DNA from: the human T2T-CHM13v2.0 reference genome, Homo sapiens
DNA length: 64,000 nucleotides
Assembly (NCBI RefSeq): GCF_009914755.1
Contig: NC_060947.1
Direction: 5' to 3' (one strand)
In this document: piece after piece, positions 46,024 through 64,000 of the stretch
How the letters are laid out: each line of letters begins with the position of its first letter
Position numbering within the stretch: the first letter of the stretch is position 1
Notes under the pieces: generated by a model
Database searches by the model: none
What the model saw: the letters and a program-made list of their open reading frames with translations, nothing else
What the model was told of the DNA's origin: nothing
Translations under genes and position numbers: made by a program

Positions 46024-46874
46024 GAAGGTTTCTTTTAAATCATATCTTATTTCTTATAATTCAATTCAAATATGCTATCTAAACATATAAACCCCAACTT
46101 ACACCTACTCTGAGTTCTAAAGTTCTGTAATTTTTTTCCCAACTGAATGCATTTTTCTACAGAAATAGTTTTCCAAATAGTGGTAGGTCGCCAGGCCAAG
46201 CCACAAAATTCACTGGATCAGAAGTAGATTAGAGCTGAGGGGGGCCTTAAATATCAACTGGTCCATTTTCTTTAGTTTGCAGACTTCCTATTAGGTAAGT
46301 TTAGACTCAAGGAAGGAAAGACTCTTCCATATCCTCCTTTTCATTTTCCACTTAGGTCATTTTAGGGAAAAATAAAATTTCCCATGATGGTAGGCCTTTG
46401 GGTACACAAGTGAGGTATTTACACTGCAATGGAAATTTAAGACTTTGGCTCTCCTGGGAATTTCATTATAGGAGCTAGTTATAAGTTGGAGGCTATAGTC
46501 ATAGTAAGATGAGCTTAGAAATGTGCTCAAAGATAGAAACAAGTTGGGGGCAGGGATACAGTGGAAGACACAGCAAGAGCACACCCAGCCACTCCTAATA
46601 GCTTCTGCATTGCAGAGTTATGTACAATCTGAAAGACAGCAAGCTGAGAGAGGCACAGTAGGAAAACAAAAAAAAATCCCAAGTGGGGAAGAAGGAGAAA
46701 TTCCTATTCCCACCAAACAACTAGCTAATAAGTAAGTCAGAGATTGTGGAGTTGTCTGTACTCTACCTTAACAAACACAATATCCTCAACTTTTTTTTTG
46801 CTAGAATTTGTCATCTTTATTTAGAGGCTCAAAGTGAAAAACTTGAATGTAATTGGTTATATGTTGTATAAAGT

Positions 46875-47572
46875 TTTATTTCTTTTTTTAAGTTTTAAGT
46901 TTAGGGGTACAAGTGCAAGTTTATTACATAGGTAAACTTGTGTCATGGGGGTTTGTTGTACAGATTATTTCATCATCCAGTTATTAAGCCTAGTATCTAT
47001 TATTCTTCCTGATCCTCTCCCTCCTCTCACCCTCTATCCTCCAAAAGGTGCCAATGTGTAGTTTCCCTCAATGTGGCCCTGTGTTCTCATCATTTAGCTC
47101 CCACTTATATGTGAGATCATGTAGTATTTGTTTTTCTGTTCCTGCGTTAGTTTGCTAAAGATAATGGCCTCCAGCTCCATCCATGTCCCTGCAACGGACA
47201 TAATCTCATTTTTTTTTTTTGGCTGCATAATATTCCATGGTGTATATGTACCACATTTTAAAAATCCAGTCTATCATTGATGGGCATTTAGGTTGATTCC
47301 ATATCTTTGCTATTGTGAATAGTGCTGCAGTGAACATACGTGTGCACATGTCTTTATGATGGAATGATTTATATTCCTTTGGGTATATACCCAGTAATGG
47401 GATTGCTGGGTCAAATGATATTTCTGTTGTTAGCTCTTTGAGGAATCACCACACTGTCTTCCACAATGGCTGAACTAATTTACACTCTCACCAACAGTGT
47501 ATAAGCATTCCTTTTTCTCCACAACCTTGCCAGCATCTGTTATTTTATGACTTTTTAATAATAGCCATTCTG
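46875..47572 (-). mobile_element. Older L1PA 3' fragment; continues at 61194-61260 after the L1PB insertion
   Basis: L1PA 3' UTR; sequence resumes after the TSD. Confidence 0.8.
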
Positions 47573-49360
47573 GATCATCATGGTGGATGGGAGGCAGGAC
47601 TAGATTGCAGCTTTGGACAGAGCAGCATACGGATGCTCGCACTGTGAAATTTAGCTCCAGATCAACTGCAAAAACAAACCAGCAGAGGACCCACAGACCC
47701 TCTGAAGGAAGCCGACTTCTCCTGTAGGACTCTTGAGACACACCAAATACTGTGAGTGCCCCAACTGCAGAAGTGGGACAGGGAGAGCCTCCTTTCCCGA
47801 ACACACACCCCCACTGGAGAAACTGAAGCTCTGTTTGTGGGAGAAGTTTCTGGTCCTACCTGGAGCTGAGTCAATTTAGGGAGTTGAGCAAAATACAGGG
47901 GTAGAGGAGGCAGCAGAAAGGCCCTGGGAGCTCCCTGGGTCCCCAAGCAGGCCATTCCTGCCTGGCACCGCAGGGATCCATGGGGAGGGCAGCCAGAGGA
48001 ACAGGGCATAAAACTCCACAAGGAGAAGAAAATCTCTAGCTGAACTGTATAACAATTTGAAGGAGGAGAGAAGCCTCCTGGACACAACTCCAGGGAAGGT
48101 GCAAATACGGTATGCAGACATCACAGGCAGGGGAAAAACCAAGCCGTTTCCTTTCGCAGCTGGGAGGAGGATAGCCTGGGGCAAGTTTTCAAGCCTGGCT
48201 TGCCCACCGCCTGGAAACAGACCCTGGGCTGTTGGGGGTGGAGCACGGTAGGAGTGAGACGGGCCCTTCAGTTTGAATGGGAGCTGGGTGAGGCCTGTGA
48301 CTGCTGGCTTTCCCCACTTCTCTAACAACCTGTATGACTCAGCAGAGGCAGCCATAATCCTCCTAGGTACACAACTGCAGTGACCTGGGAATCTCACCCC
48401 CCATCCCCCACAGCAGCCGCAACAAGACCCACCCAAGGAGAATCTGAGCTGAGGCACACCTAGCCCTGCCCCCACCTGATGGTCCTTCCCTACCCACCCT
48501 GGTATCAGAAGACAAAGGGCATATAATCTTGGGACTTTTAGGGTCCCACCCACCGCAGGTCCCTCTCCATACTACCACAGCTAATTGCTCTCTGGAAAGT
48601 GCCACCTCCCAGCAAGAGGCAAACCTGCACAAAAATAGAGTATTAAACACCAAAGCTAAGAACCCTCATGAAGTCCACTGCACCCCCTCCCCACAATGTC
48701 CACAAGAACGGCACGGGCATCCACAGCTGAGAAACCCATAGACAGTTCATATCACAGGACTCTGTGCAGACAACCCCCAGTACCAGCCCAGAGCCAGGTA
48801 GACCTGCTGGGTGGCTAGACCCAGAAGAGAGACAACAATTACTGCAGTTCGGCTCACAGGAATCCACATCCATAGGAAAATGGGGGAGAATACTACATCA
48901 AAGAAACACACAGTGGGACAAAAAAAATCTTAACAGCCTTTAGCCCTAGAACTTCCCTCTGACAGAGCCCACCCAAATGAGAAGGAACCAGAAAACCAAC
49001 CCTAGTAATATGACAAAACAAGACTCGTCAACACCCCCAAAATATCACACTAGTTCACCAGCAATGGATGCAAACCAAGAAGAAATTCCTGATTTACCTG
49101 AAAAAGAATTCAGGAGATTGGTTATTAAGCTAATGAGGGAGGCAGATGAGAAAGGCAAAGCCCAATGCAAGGAAATCCAAAAAAGAAACAATACAAGAAG
49201 TGGAGAGAAATATCCAAGGAAATAGATAGCTTAAAGAAAAAGGCCGGGCATGGTGGCTCACGCCTGTAATCCCAGCACTTTGGGAGGCTGAGGCGGGTGG
49301 ATCACAAGGTCAGGAGATCGAGACCATCCTGGCTAACACAGTGAAACCCTGTCTCTACTA

Positions 49361-49663
<303 letters not shown>

Positions 49664-51773
49664 CTAATCCAACAAAGACAAAGAAAAAAGAATAAGAAAA
49701 TATGAACAAAGCCTCCAAGAAGTCTTGGATTATGTTAAATGTCCAAACCTAAGAATAATCAGTGTTCCTGAGGAAGAAGAGAATTCTAAAAGCTTGCAAA
49801 ACGTATTTGGGAGAATAATCAAGGAAAACTTCCCAGTCTTGCTAGAGATCTAAACATCCAAATAGAAGAAGCACAAAGAACACCTGGGAAATTAATTGCA
49901 GAAAGATCATCAGCTAGGCACATTGTCGTCAGGTTATCCAAAGTTAAGACGAAGGAAAGAATCTTAAGAGCTGTAAGACAGAAGCACCAGGTAACCTATA
50001 AAGGAAGACCTATCAGATTAACAGCAGACTTCTCTGCAGAAACCCTACAAGCTAGAAGGGTTTGGGGCCCTATCTTCAGTCTCCTCAAACAAAACAATTA
50101 TCAGTCAAAAATTCTGTATCCAGCACTAAGCATCAAATATGAAGGAAAGATAGAGTCTTTTTCAGACAAACAATGGCTGAGAGAATTCGCCACTATCAAA
50201 CGACCACTACAAGAACTGCTAAAAGGAGCTCTAAATCTTGAAACAAATCCTAGAAACACATCAAAACAGAACCTCTTTAAAGCATAAATCACACAGGACG
50301 TATAGAAGAAAAATACAAGTTAAAAAAACAAAACAAAAAAAGCGAAGTACACAGGCAACAAAGAGCATGATGAATGCAGTGATACCTCAGATTTCAATAA
50401 TAACATGGAATGTAAATGGCCTAAATTCTCCACTTAAAAGATATAGAACTGCAGAATGGATAAGAACTCACCAACCAACTATCTGCTGCCTTCAGAAGAC
50501 TCACCTAACACATCAGGACTCACATAAACTTATAATAAAGTAGTGGAAGAAGACATTTCATGCAAATGGACACCAAAATCAAGCAGGGGTAGCTATTCTT
50601 ATATCAGAAAAAAACAAACTTTAAAGCAACAGCTGTTAAAAGAGACAAAGAGGGACATTATATGATAGTAAAAGGCCTTGTCCAACAGGTAAATATCACA
50701 ATCCTAAACATACATACACCTAACACTGGACCTCCCAAATTTATAAAACAATTACTAATAGACCTAAGAAATGAGATAGATAGCAACACAATAATAGTGG
50801 GGGACTTCAATACTCCACTGACAGCACTAGACAGGTCATCAAGACAGAAAGTCAACAAAGAAACAATAGATTTAAACTATACCTTGGAACCAATGGATTT
50901 AACAGATATATACAGAACATTTCATCCAACAACCACAGAAAACACATTCTATTCAACATCACATGAAATCTTCTCCAAGATAGATCATACGATGGGCCAT
51001 AAAACGAGCCTCAATAAATTTGAGAAAATTGAAATTATATCAAGCAGTCTCTCAGACCACAGTGGAATAAAACTGGAAATTAACTTCTAAAGGAACCTTT
51101 GAAGCCATGCAAATACATGGAAATTAAATAACCTGCTCCTGAATGAGCATTGGGTCCAAAACGAAATAAAGATGGAAATTAAAAAATTCTTTAAACTGAA
51201 CGACAATAAGGACACAACCTACCGAAACCTCTGGGATATAGCAAAGGCAGTGCTAAGAGGAAAGTTCATAGCCATAACTGCCTACATCAAAAAGACTGAA
51301 ATAACACAAACTGACAATCTAAGGTCACACCTCAAGGAACTAGAGAAACAAGAACAAACCAAATCCAAACCCAGGAGAAGAAATAACCAAGATCAGAGCA
51401 GAACTAAATGAAATTCAAACAAAAAAAATTACAAAAGATAAATGAAACAAAAAACTGGTTCTTTGAAAAGATAAATAAAATCGATAGACCATTAGCAAGA
51501 TTAACCAAGAAAATAAGAGAGAAAATCCAAATAAACTCACTAGGAAACGAAACAGGAGATATTACAATTGACACCACTGAAATACAAAAGATCATTCAAG
51601 GCTACTATGAACACCTTTATGCACATAAACTAGAAAACCTGAAAGAGGTGGATAAATTTCTGGAAAAATACAACCCTCCTACCTTAAATCAGGAAGAATT
51701 AGATACCCTGAACAGGTATCTAATCTTAATAACAAGCAGTGAGATTGAAATGGTAATTTAAAAATTACCAACA

Positions 51774-52135
51774 TGCAGCCATAAAAAAGGATGAGTTCAT
51801 GTCCTTTGTAGGGACATGGATGAAGCTGGAAACCATCATTCTGAACAAACTATTGCAAGGACAGAAAACCAAACACCACATGTTCTCACTCATAGGTGGG
51901 AATTGAACAATGAGAACACCTGGGCACAGGGTGGGGAACATCACACACTGGGGCCTGTCGTGGGGTAGGGGGAGGGGGAAGAAAAAGCATTAGGAGATAT
52001 ACCTAATGTAAATGATGAGTTAATGGGTGCAGCACACCAACATGGCACATATATACATATGTAACAAACCTGTACGTTGTGCACATGTACCCTAAAACCT
52101 AAAGTATAATAAAAAATAATAAAAAAATAAAAAAA
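51774..52135 (+). mobile_element. Short 5'-truncated L1PA 3' end
   Basis: TSD taaaaattaccaaca and A-rich tail. Confidence 0.88.
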
Positions 52136-53930
52136 TAAAAATTACCAACAAAAAGAAGTCCAGGACCAGATGGATTCACAGCAGAATTCGACCAGACATT
52201 CAAAGAAGAATTGGTACCAATCCTTTTGACACTATACCATAAGACAGAGAAAGAAGAAACTCTCCCTAATTCATTCTACAATGCTAAAATCCTTAACAAA
52301 ATACTAGCAAACCAAACCCAACAACATATCAAAAAGATAATCCACCATGATCAAGTGGGTTTCATAACAGGGATGCAGGGATGGTTTAACATACACAAGT
52401 CAATAAATGTGATACACCACATAAACAGAATTAAAAACAAAAATCACATGATCATCTCAATAGATGCAGAAAAAGCATTCAACAAAATCTAGCGTCCCTT
52501 TATGATTAAAACTCTCAGCAAAATTGGCATGCAAGGGACATACCTTAATGTAATAAAAGCCATCTATGACAAACCCACAGCCAACATGATACTGAATGGT
52601 GAAACATTGAAAGCATTCCCACTGAGAACTGGAACAAGACAAGGATGCCCACTCTCACCACTCCTCTTCAACGTAATACTGGAAGTCCTAGCCAGAGCAA
52701 TCAGACAAGAGAAAGAAATAAAGGGCATCCGAATCAGTAAAGAAGAAGACAAACTGTCCCTATTTGCTGACAATACGATTGTGTTCCTTAAAAACCCTAA
52801 GGACTCCTCCAGAAAGATCCTAGAACTGATAAAAGAATTCAGCAGAGTTTCCAGATACAATATTAATGTACACAAATCAGTAGCTCTTCTATATACCAAC
52901 AGCGACCAAGTGGAGAATCAAATCAAGAACTCTACTTCTTTTACAATAGCTGGAAAAAATAAAATGCTTAGGAATATACCTAACAAAGGAGTCAAAAGAC
53001 CTCTACAAGGAAAACTACAAAACACTGCTGAAAGAATTCATAGACACAACTAAATGGAAACACAACCCATGCTCATGGATGGGTAGAATCAATATTGTGA
53101 AAATGACCATATTGCCAAGAGCATTCTACAAATTCAATGCAATCCCCATCAAAATACCATAATCATTCTTCACAGAATTAGAAAAAAAATTCTAAAATTC
53201 ATAAGGAACTAAAAAAGACCCCTCGTAGCAAAAGGAAGACTAAGCAAAAAGAACAAATCTGGAGGCACCACACTACCTGATTTCAAACTATACTATAAGG
53301 CCATAGTCACGAAAACAACATGGTACTGGCATAAAAATACATGCGTAGACCACTGGAACAGAATAGAGAACCCAAAAATAAACCCAAATACAGCTAACTA
53401 ATCTTCGACAAAGCAAACAAAAAACATAAAGTGGGGAAAGGACTACCTTTTCAACCAAATGGTGCTGGGATAATTGGCTAGCCATATGCAGGAGAATGAA
53501 ACTGGATCCTCATTTCTCACCTTATACAAAAATCATCTCAAGATGGATTAAGGACTTAAACCTAAGACCTGAAACTATAACAATTCTAGAAGATAACATT
53601 GGAAAAATCCTTCTAGACATTGGCTTAGGCAAGGATTTCATGACCAAAAACCCAAAAACAAATGGAATAAAAACAAAGATAAATAGCTGTGACCTAATTA
53701 AACTAAAGAGCTTTTGCACAGCAAAAGGAAGAGTGAGCAGAGTTAACAGACAACCCACAGAGTGGGAGAAAATCTTCATAATCTATACATCTGACAAAGG
53801 AATAATAACCAGAATCTACAATTAACTCAAACGAATCAGAAAAAAAACAATCCCATCAAAAAGTGAGCTAAAGACAAGGACAATCCTCAAAAGAAGATAT
53901 GCAAATGGCCAACCACGTATGAAAAAATGC

Positions 53931-60082
<6,152 letters not shown>

Positions 60083-60774
60083 GACATTTTTGAAGAATAA
60101 ATATACATAAATAAGTCAGGGAAATTCAAAAGTAGAAAAGCCATCAGGAGATTTGTGCTTTCCTAGATATTGAAATTTATAATGCTAGAATAACTAAAAC
60201 TCTTAGGCGTGGAAATAAGTATACACACAGAGAAATGAAACAGAACCAACGTTCATGAATGGATAAAAATAAAACAGATATTTAATAAATGTGAAATTCC
60301 ATATCCATGAGGAAAATGTGGGTTATTCAATAAGAGGTATTGGGACAATGAAATTTAACATCTTTAAAAATTAGAAAAGAAAAAATGCTCAACATCACTA
60401 AATATCAGGGAAATGCAAATCAAAACCACAATGCAATATCACCTTATTCCTGCAAGAATGGCCATAATCAAACAATCAAAGAACAGTAAACGTTGGCACG
60501 GATGCAGTCATCAGGGAACACTTCTACACTGCTGGTGGTAATGTAAAGTGGTACAGCTGCTATGGAAAACAGTGCAGAGATTCCTTAAAAACTAAAAGTA
60601 GAACTACCATTTGATCCAGCAATCCCACTACTGGGTATCTACCCAGAGGAAAAGAAGTCATTATACGAAAAAGATGCTTGCACATGCATGTTTATAGCAG
60701 CACAATTCACAATTGCAAAATCGTGAAACCAACCCAAATGCCCATCAGTCAATGAGTGGATAAAGAACTGTGGT

Positions 60775-60778
<4 letters not shown>

Positions 60779-60814
<36 letters not shown>
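60779..60814. repeat. (TA)n microsatellite
   Basis: Directly visible. Confidence 0.95.
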
Positions 60815-60819
<5 letters not shown>

Positions 60820-61288
60820 AATACTACTCAACCGTAAAAAGGAATGAATTAGCACCATTTGCTGTGACCTGGATGAGACTGGAAACTATTATTCTAAGTG
60901 AAATTACTCAGGAATGGAAAACCAAACATTGTATGTTCTCACTGTTATGTGGGAACTAAGCTATGAGGATGCAAAGGCATAAGAATGATATGATGGACTT
61001 TGGGGACTTGGGTGGAAAGAGTGGGAAGGGCCAAGGGATAAAAGACTACAAATATGGTGCAGTGTATATGGCTTAGGTGATGTACGCACCAAAATCTCAC
61101 AAATCACCACTAAAAAATTTACTCATGTCACCAAATACCACCTGTACCACAACAACTTATGTAAAAATAAAATTTAAGAAACAAAAACAATAAAATAATA
61201 GCCATTTTGACTGGTGTGAGATGGTATCTCATTGTGGTTTGATTTGCATTTAATGATCAGTTTTATTTATTTTATAACTAGCAGCTAA

Positions 61289-62580
61289 AATTTTTAAGTC
61301 TAAGCATTACAATATGTAACCTTCTATATTGGATAGGGGGATGGGAAGGTGTAACGTGATGAAAAGCTATTTGTAAAATTGTCTTTTGTATGAATTTGCA
61401 TGGTGGTATTTGTCTGGTATTATGCACTTTATAAAAATTATTATTTTTAATTGAAAATATTATTTCCGATACCTCTGGTCACCCTGAGTGGCCTGTGCTT
61501 GGAAGTATCAATCTTTTTACCTTTTTTTGGAGGACATTTTAGAGTCTGTAGCCTGAAGGAGTTTCTTAAGGTGGTAGAACACACCTAGGTACTTGTGACT
61601 GTTTGCTCAGGAAGGCATTTGTTTGGGAGCAGTCACTCTATTCATTGTAGCAGATAGGTGCCCACCCCAGGAAAATTTTTCTTGGTGACTGAATGAATAA
61701 ATTTCATGATTCATGGTTTCTTTGAGGCTTTTCATATCTATATTATTTAAAATAAACTAGTTGAAGGGAAGTCTGCACTATTACAGTGTGAAGAATGCGC
61801 AATGGTAAAATAGTAAAATTTCATTTCTTAAAGCTGGATTAATTTGGTATGCAAATAAAGTGTAATGAATTATTAAATCACTATCTTGCATGCACATAAA
61901 ATGGGTTAAAGTTATCCAAATTTCAATTGTGCTTCTCTTTTTTTGTCAGTTGAATATATACGATTAGCACTGCTTACTTAGCTTTTAAATATGTGTGAGA
62001 TCCATTGTAAACAAAGATTATCTTCACAGTGGTGATGGAGTTACATTTACCCTAGTTGATCTACAACCATCCATGGCCTAGTTTTTAAGGTAAGAACTTC
62101 ATTCTAAACAAAGTACACCACCCCATATCCCCCAGACTCTCCAGTCTGTATCAGTTACTACTTATAATTCCTTCAGTCTGCCTTACTATTTGCCAACAAA
62201 GTGACCTTGCCTTCAAGCTTCAAAATAGCCTCCTCAATATCTAGCATTAGTTCATTTTCTTTCATTTGGAACAGGTAAGAGTGCTTTGAGAATCATTATT
62301 TGCAGGGACTCAACTTTGCTCTATTAGAAAATTTTTATTAGTAAATTTCTTATACTTAGCTCATAGGAAATATGTCTGAAACCCAAGTTTGCAATTTATC
62401 ATGTATGTTAGGATAAATATTTGAAAGTTTACAATTGTCATTACATTTTTAGAGTAACAACCATAAGAGGCTCAGAACACACAATTGTGTTTGAAGTGGT
62501 TAGTTTCATAACCCCAAGTTGCAAACCGTACCCTCCACTTGCACCCAGACTCGTTAACAGATCCAAGAGCAGCCTGAATT
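61289..62580 (+). repeat. Right arm of 1,292-bp inverted repeat
   Basis: Reverse complement of 37417-38708 (paired coordinates sum to 99997). Confidence 0.97.
62030..62580 (+). pseudogene. FNDC3CP: Duplicated FNDC3CP exons (62030-62089 and truncated 62453-62580) in the right inverted-repeat arm
   Basis: Reverse-complement copies of 37908-37967 and 37417-37544. Confidence 0.92.
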
Positions 62581-63207
62581 AAAAAAAAAAAAAAGAAGTA
62601 TGCTGTAATAGCAAAAAAAAAAAAAAAAAAAAGAGTATATGCAGAGGCAAAAAAATTTTTACTTATATTGCTGCCATTAAATATCCTCATCCTTCCCCCC
62701 CAAAAAAAGAAAAGGTTTTTTTTCTCTCTTGAGGTTCACAGATTAGACAGAAATTTTTTGTGGGAATTATGCAAGAGTTGAAAGACCAAACAATTAAGAT
62801 GGTATGTGAGAAAAATCTTGTCTGTGGTAGAATTAACTAAGTAATAAAAATAAATATAGAAAACAATAGGGTACAGAGTGAATTAGGTTAGGGAATGAAT
62901 TGGAAAAAAATCTGAAGTCAATTCTTTGTTTTGGCCACCAGATGATAATAGCAGGCCCAAGAGTAAGGGTGGAGGACTATGTGCAGGGTACAAGCCAGAA
63001 CTCGGGAAATACCTACATTGATTGCCTTATTTGTTTTATTTCTAAATGCCCTTCCTTAGAAGAAAAACTTACCTTTGCAACTTCAGGGGAGGCAGGTGGA
63101 TGGCAAAGGAAAGATACTGTACATTCCACACAATCGCAGAACAAGCAAATCACAGAATAGATGCTCAATATATGATAACATAATAAACATTTACAAAATA
63201 ACTTCAT

Positions 63208-63300
63208 GTGGTTATAGTAAGGATTAAATGAGCTAATGCATGAATAATGTTTAGAACAGTACCTAGCATGTCATAAGAGAGCAATATATGTTATTATTAT
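63208..63300 (+). mobile_element. MIR fragment
   Basis: gtaaggattaaatgagctaatgcatg...ttagaacagtacctagca. Confidence 0.7.
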
Positions 63301-63729
63301 TACTACTGCTACTATTTTTATTATTTGCTTTCTTTGATTAAAACTCCTGCAATACTCTCAGAAGTCATGTGTAAATAAAATAAGCATGCATCCATCCCTA
63401 TGAGTTATAAAGATGAAATTTGACTGCCCAACCTAATTAGAGATTGTCTTATTGTAGATGTCCAGCTTTAAACTGGTCTAGACAGTTTAAACTGGTGTCC
63501 TGGTATCTAGTCATCTAGACACCACTGTTGCAACACAGTATATTGCTAATTATTCACAAATGTTGATTCATCCCAAGAGATATACCAAATGGTCTTCTTG
63601 TCCTCAGTACTGTATGCAACAACTATGTCTGAATTTTACCCTCAGATATGAAGCTCTGTTTTGTGTTTCATCTTGTGGGGTTTTTTTCAGAACAGAGAAG
63701 GAGTTGATCTTTCTATGTTAATGCACCCA

Positions 63730-64000
63730 TTTTATTTTATTTTAAGTTCTGGGGTACATGTGCAGGATGTGCAGATTTGTTACATAGGTAAACACGTGCC
63801 ATGGTGGTTTGTTGCACCTATCAACCCATCACCTATGTATTAAGCACCGCATGCATTAGCTATTTTTCCTGATGCTCTCCACCCCACCCCACCCTCTCTC
63901 TCCCAACAGGCCCCAGTGCGTCTTGTTCCCCTCCCTGTGTCCATGTGTTCTCATTGTTCAGCTCCCATTTATAAATGAGAACATGCATGTTTGGTTGTCT
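63730..64000 (-). mobile_element. L1PA 3' end (runs off window)
   Basis: ttttaagttctggggtacatgtgcaggatgtgcag... Confidence 0.85.

Noticed and set aside
63462-63496. Short imperfect palindrome centred on TCTAGA
   Set aside because: Short, AT-rich, no supporting context

Overview
Primate (most likely human Xq21.1, inferred from gene content) genomic DNA, repeat-dense. Left end: coding exons 1-5 and CpG-island promoter of TAF9B on the minus strand. About 7-30 kb is a nearly solid block of nested L1s with a full THE1B MaLR and a solo LTR7. About 30.8-38 kb carries 13 decayed, intron-separated fibronectin type III exons of an FNDC3-family unitary pseudogene (FNDC3CP, the Fndc3c1 counterpart) on the minus strand. 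Main finding: a 1,292-bp inverted repeat pair (37417-38708 / 61289-62580) brackets a 22.6-kb segment in which two upstream FNDC3 exons lie on the opposite strand, so the segment is inverted relative to the rest of the gene. The arms are about 99.9% identical in the core but about 5% diverged at both edges, which suggests arm-to-arm conversion or recurrent inversion. An MLT2A/HERV-L promoter at the breakpoint points into whichever arm is adjacent. Independently inserted L1 copies across the window share non-consensus mutations, including a nonsense codon, suggesting local L1-L1 gene conversion. There is also an L1PA3 with a ~300-bp 3' transduction. Repeat subfamily calls and protein comparisons are from recalled consensus sequences, not from a search.
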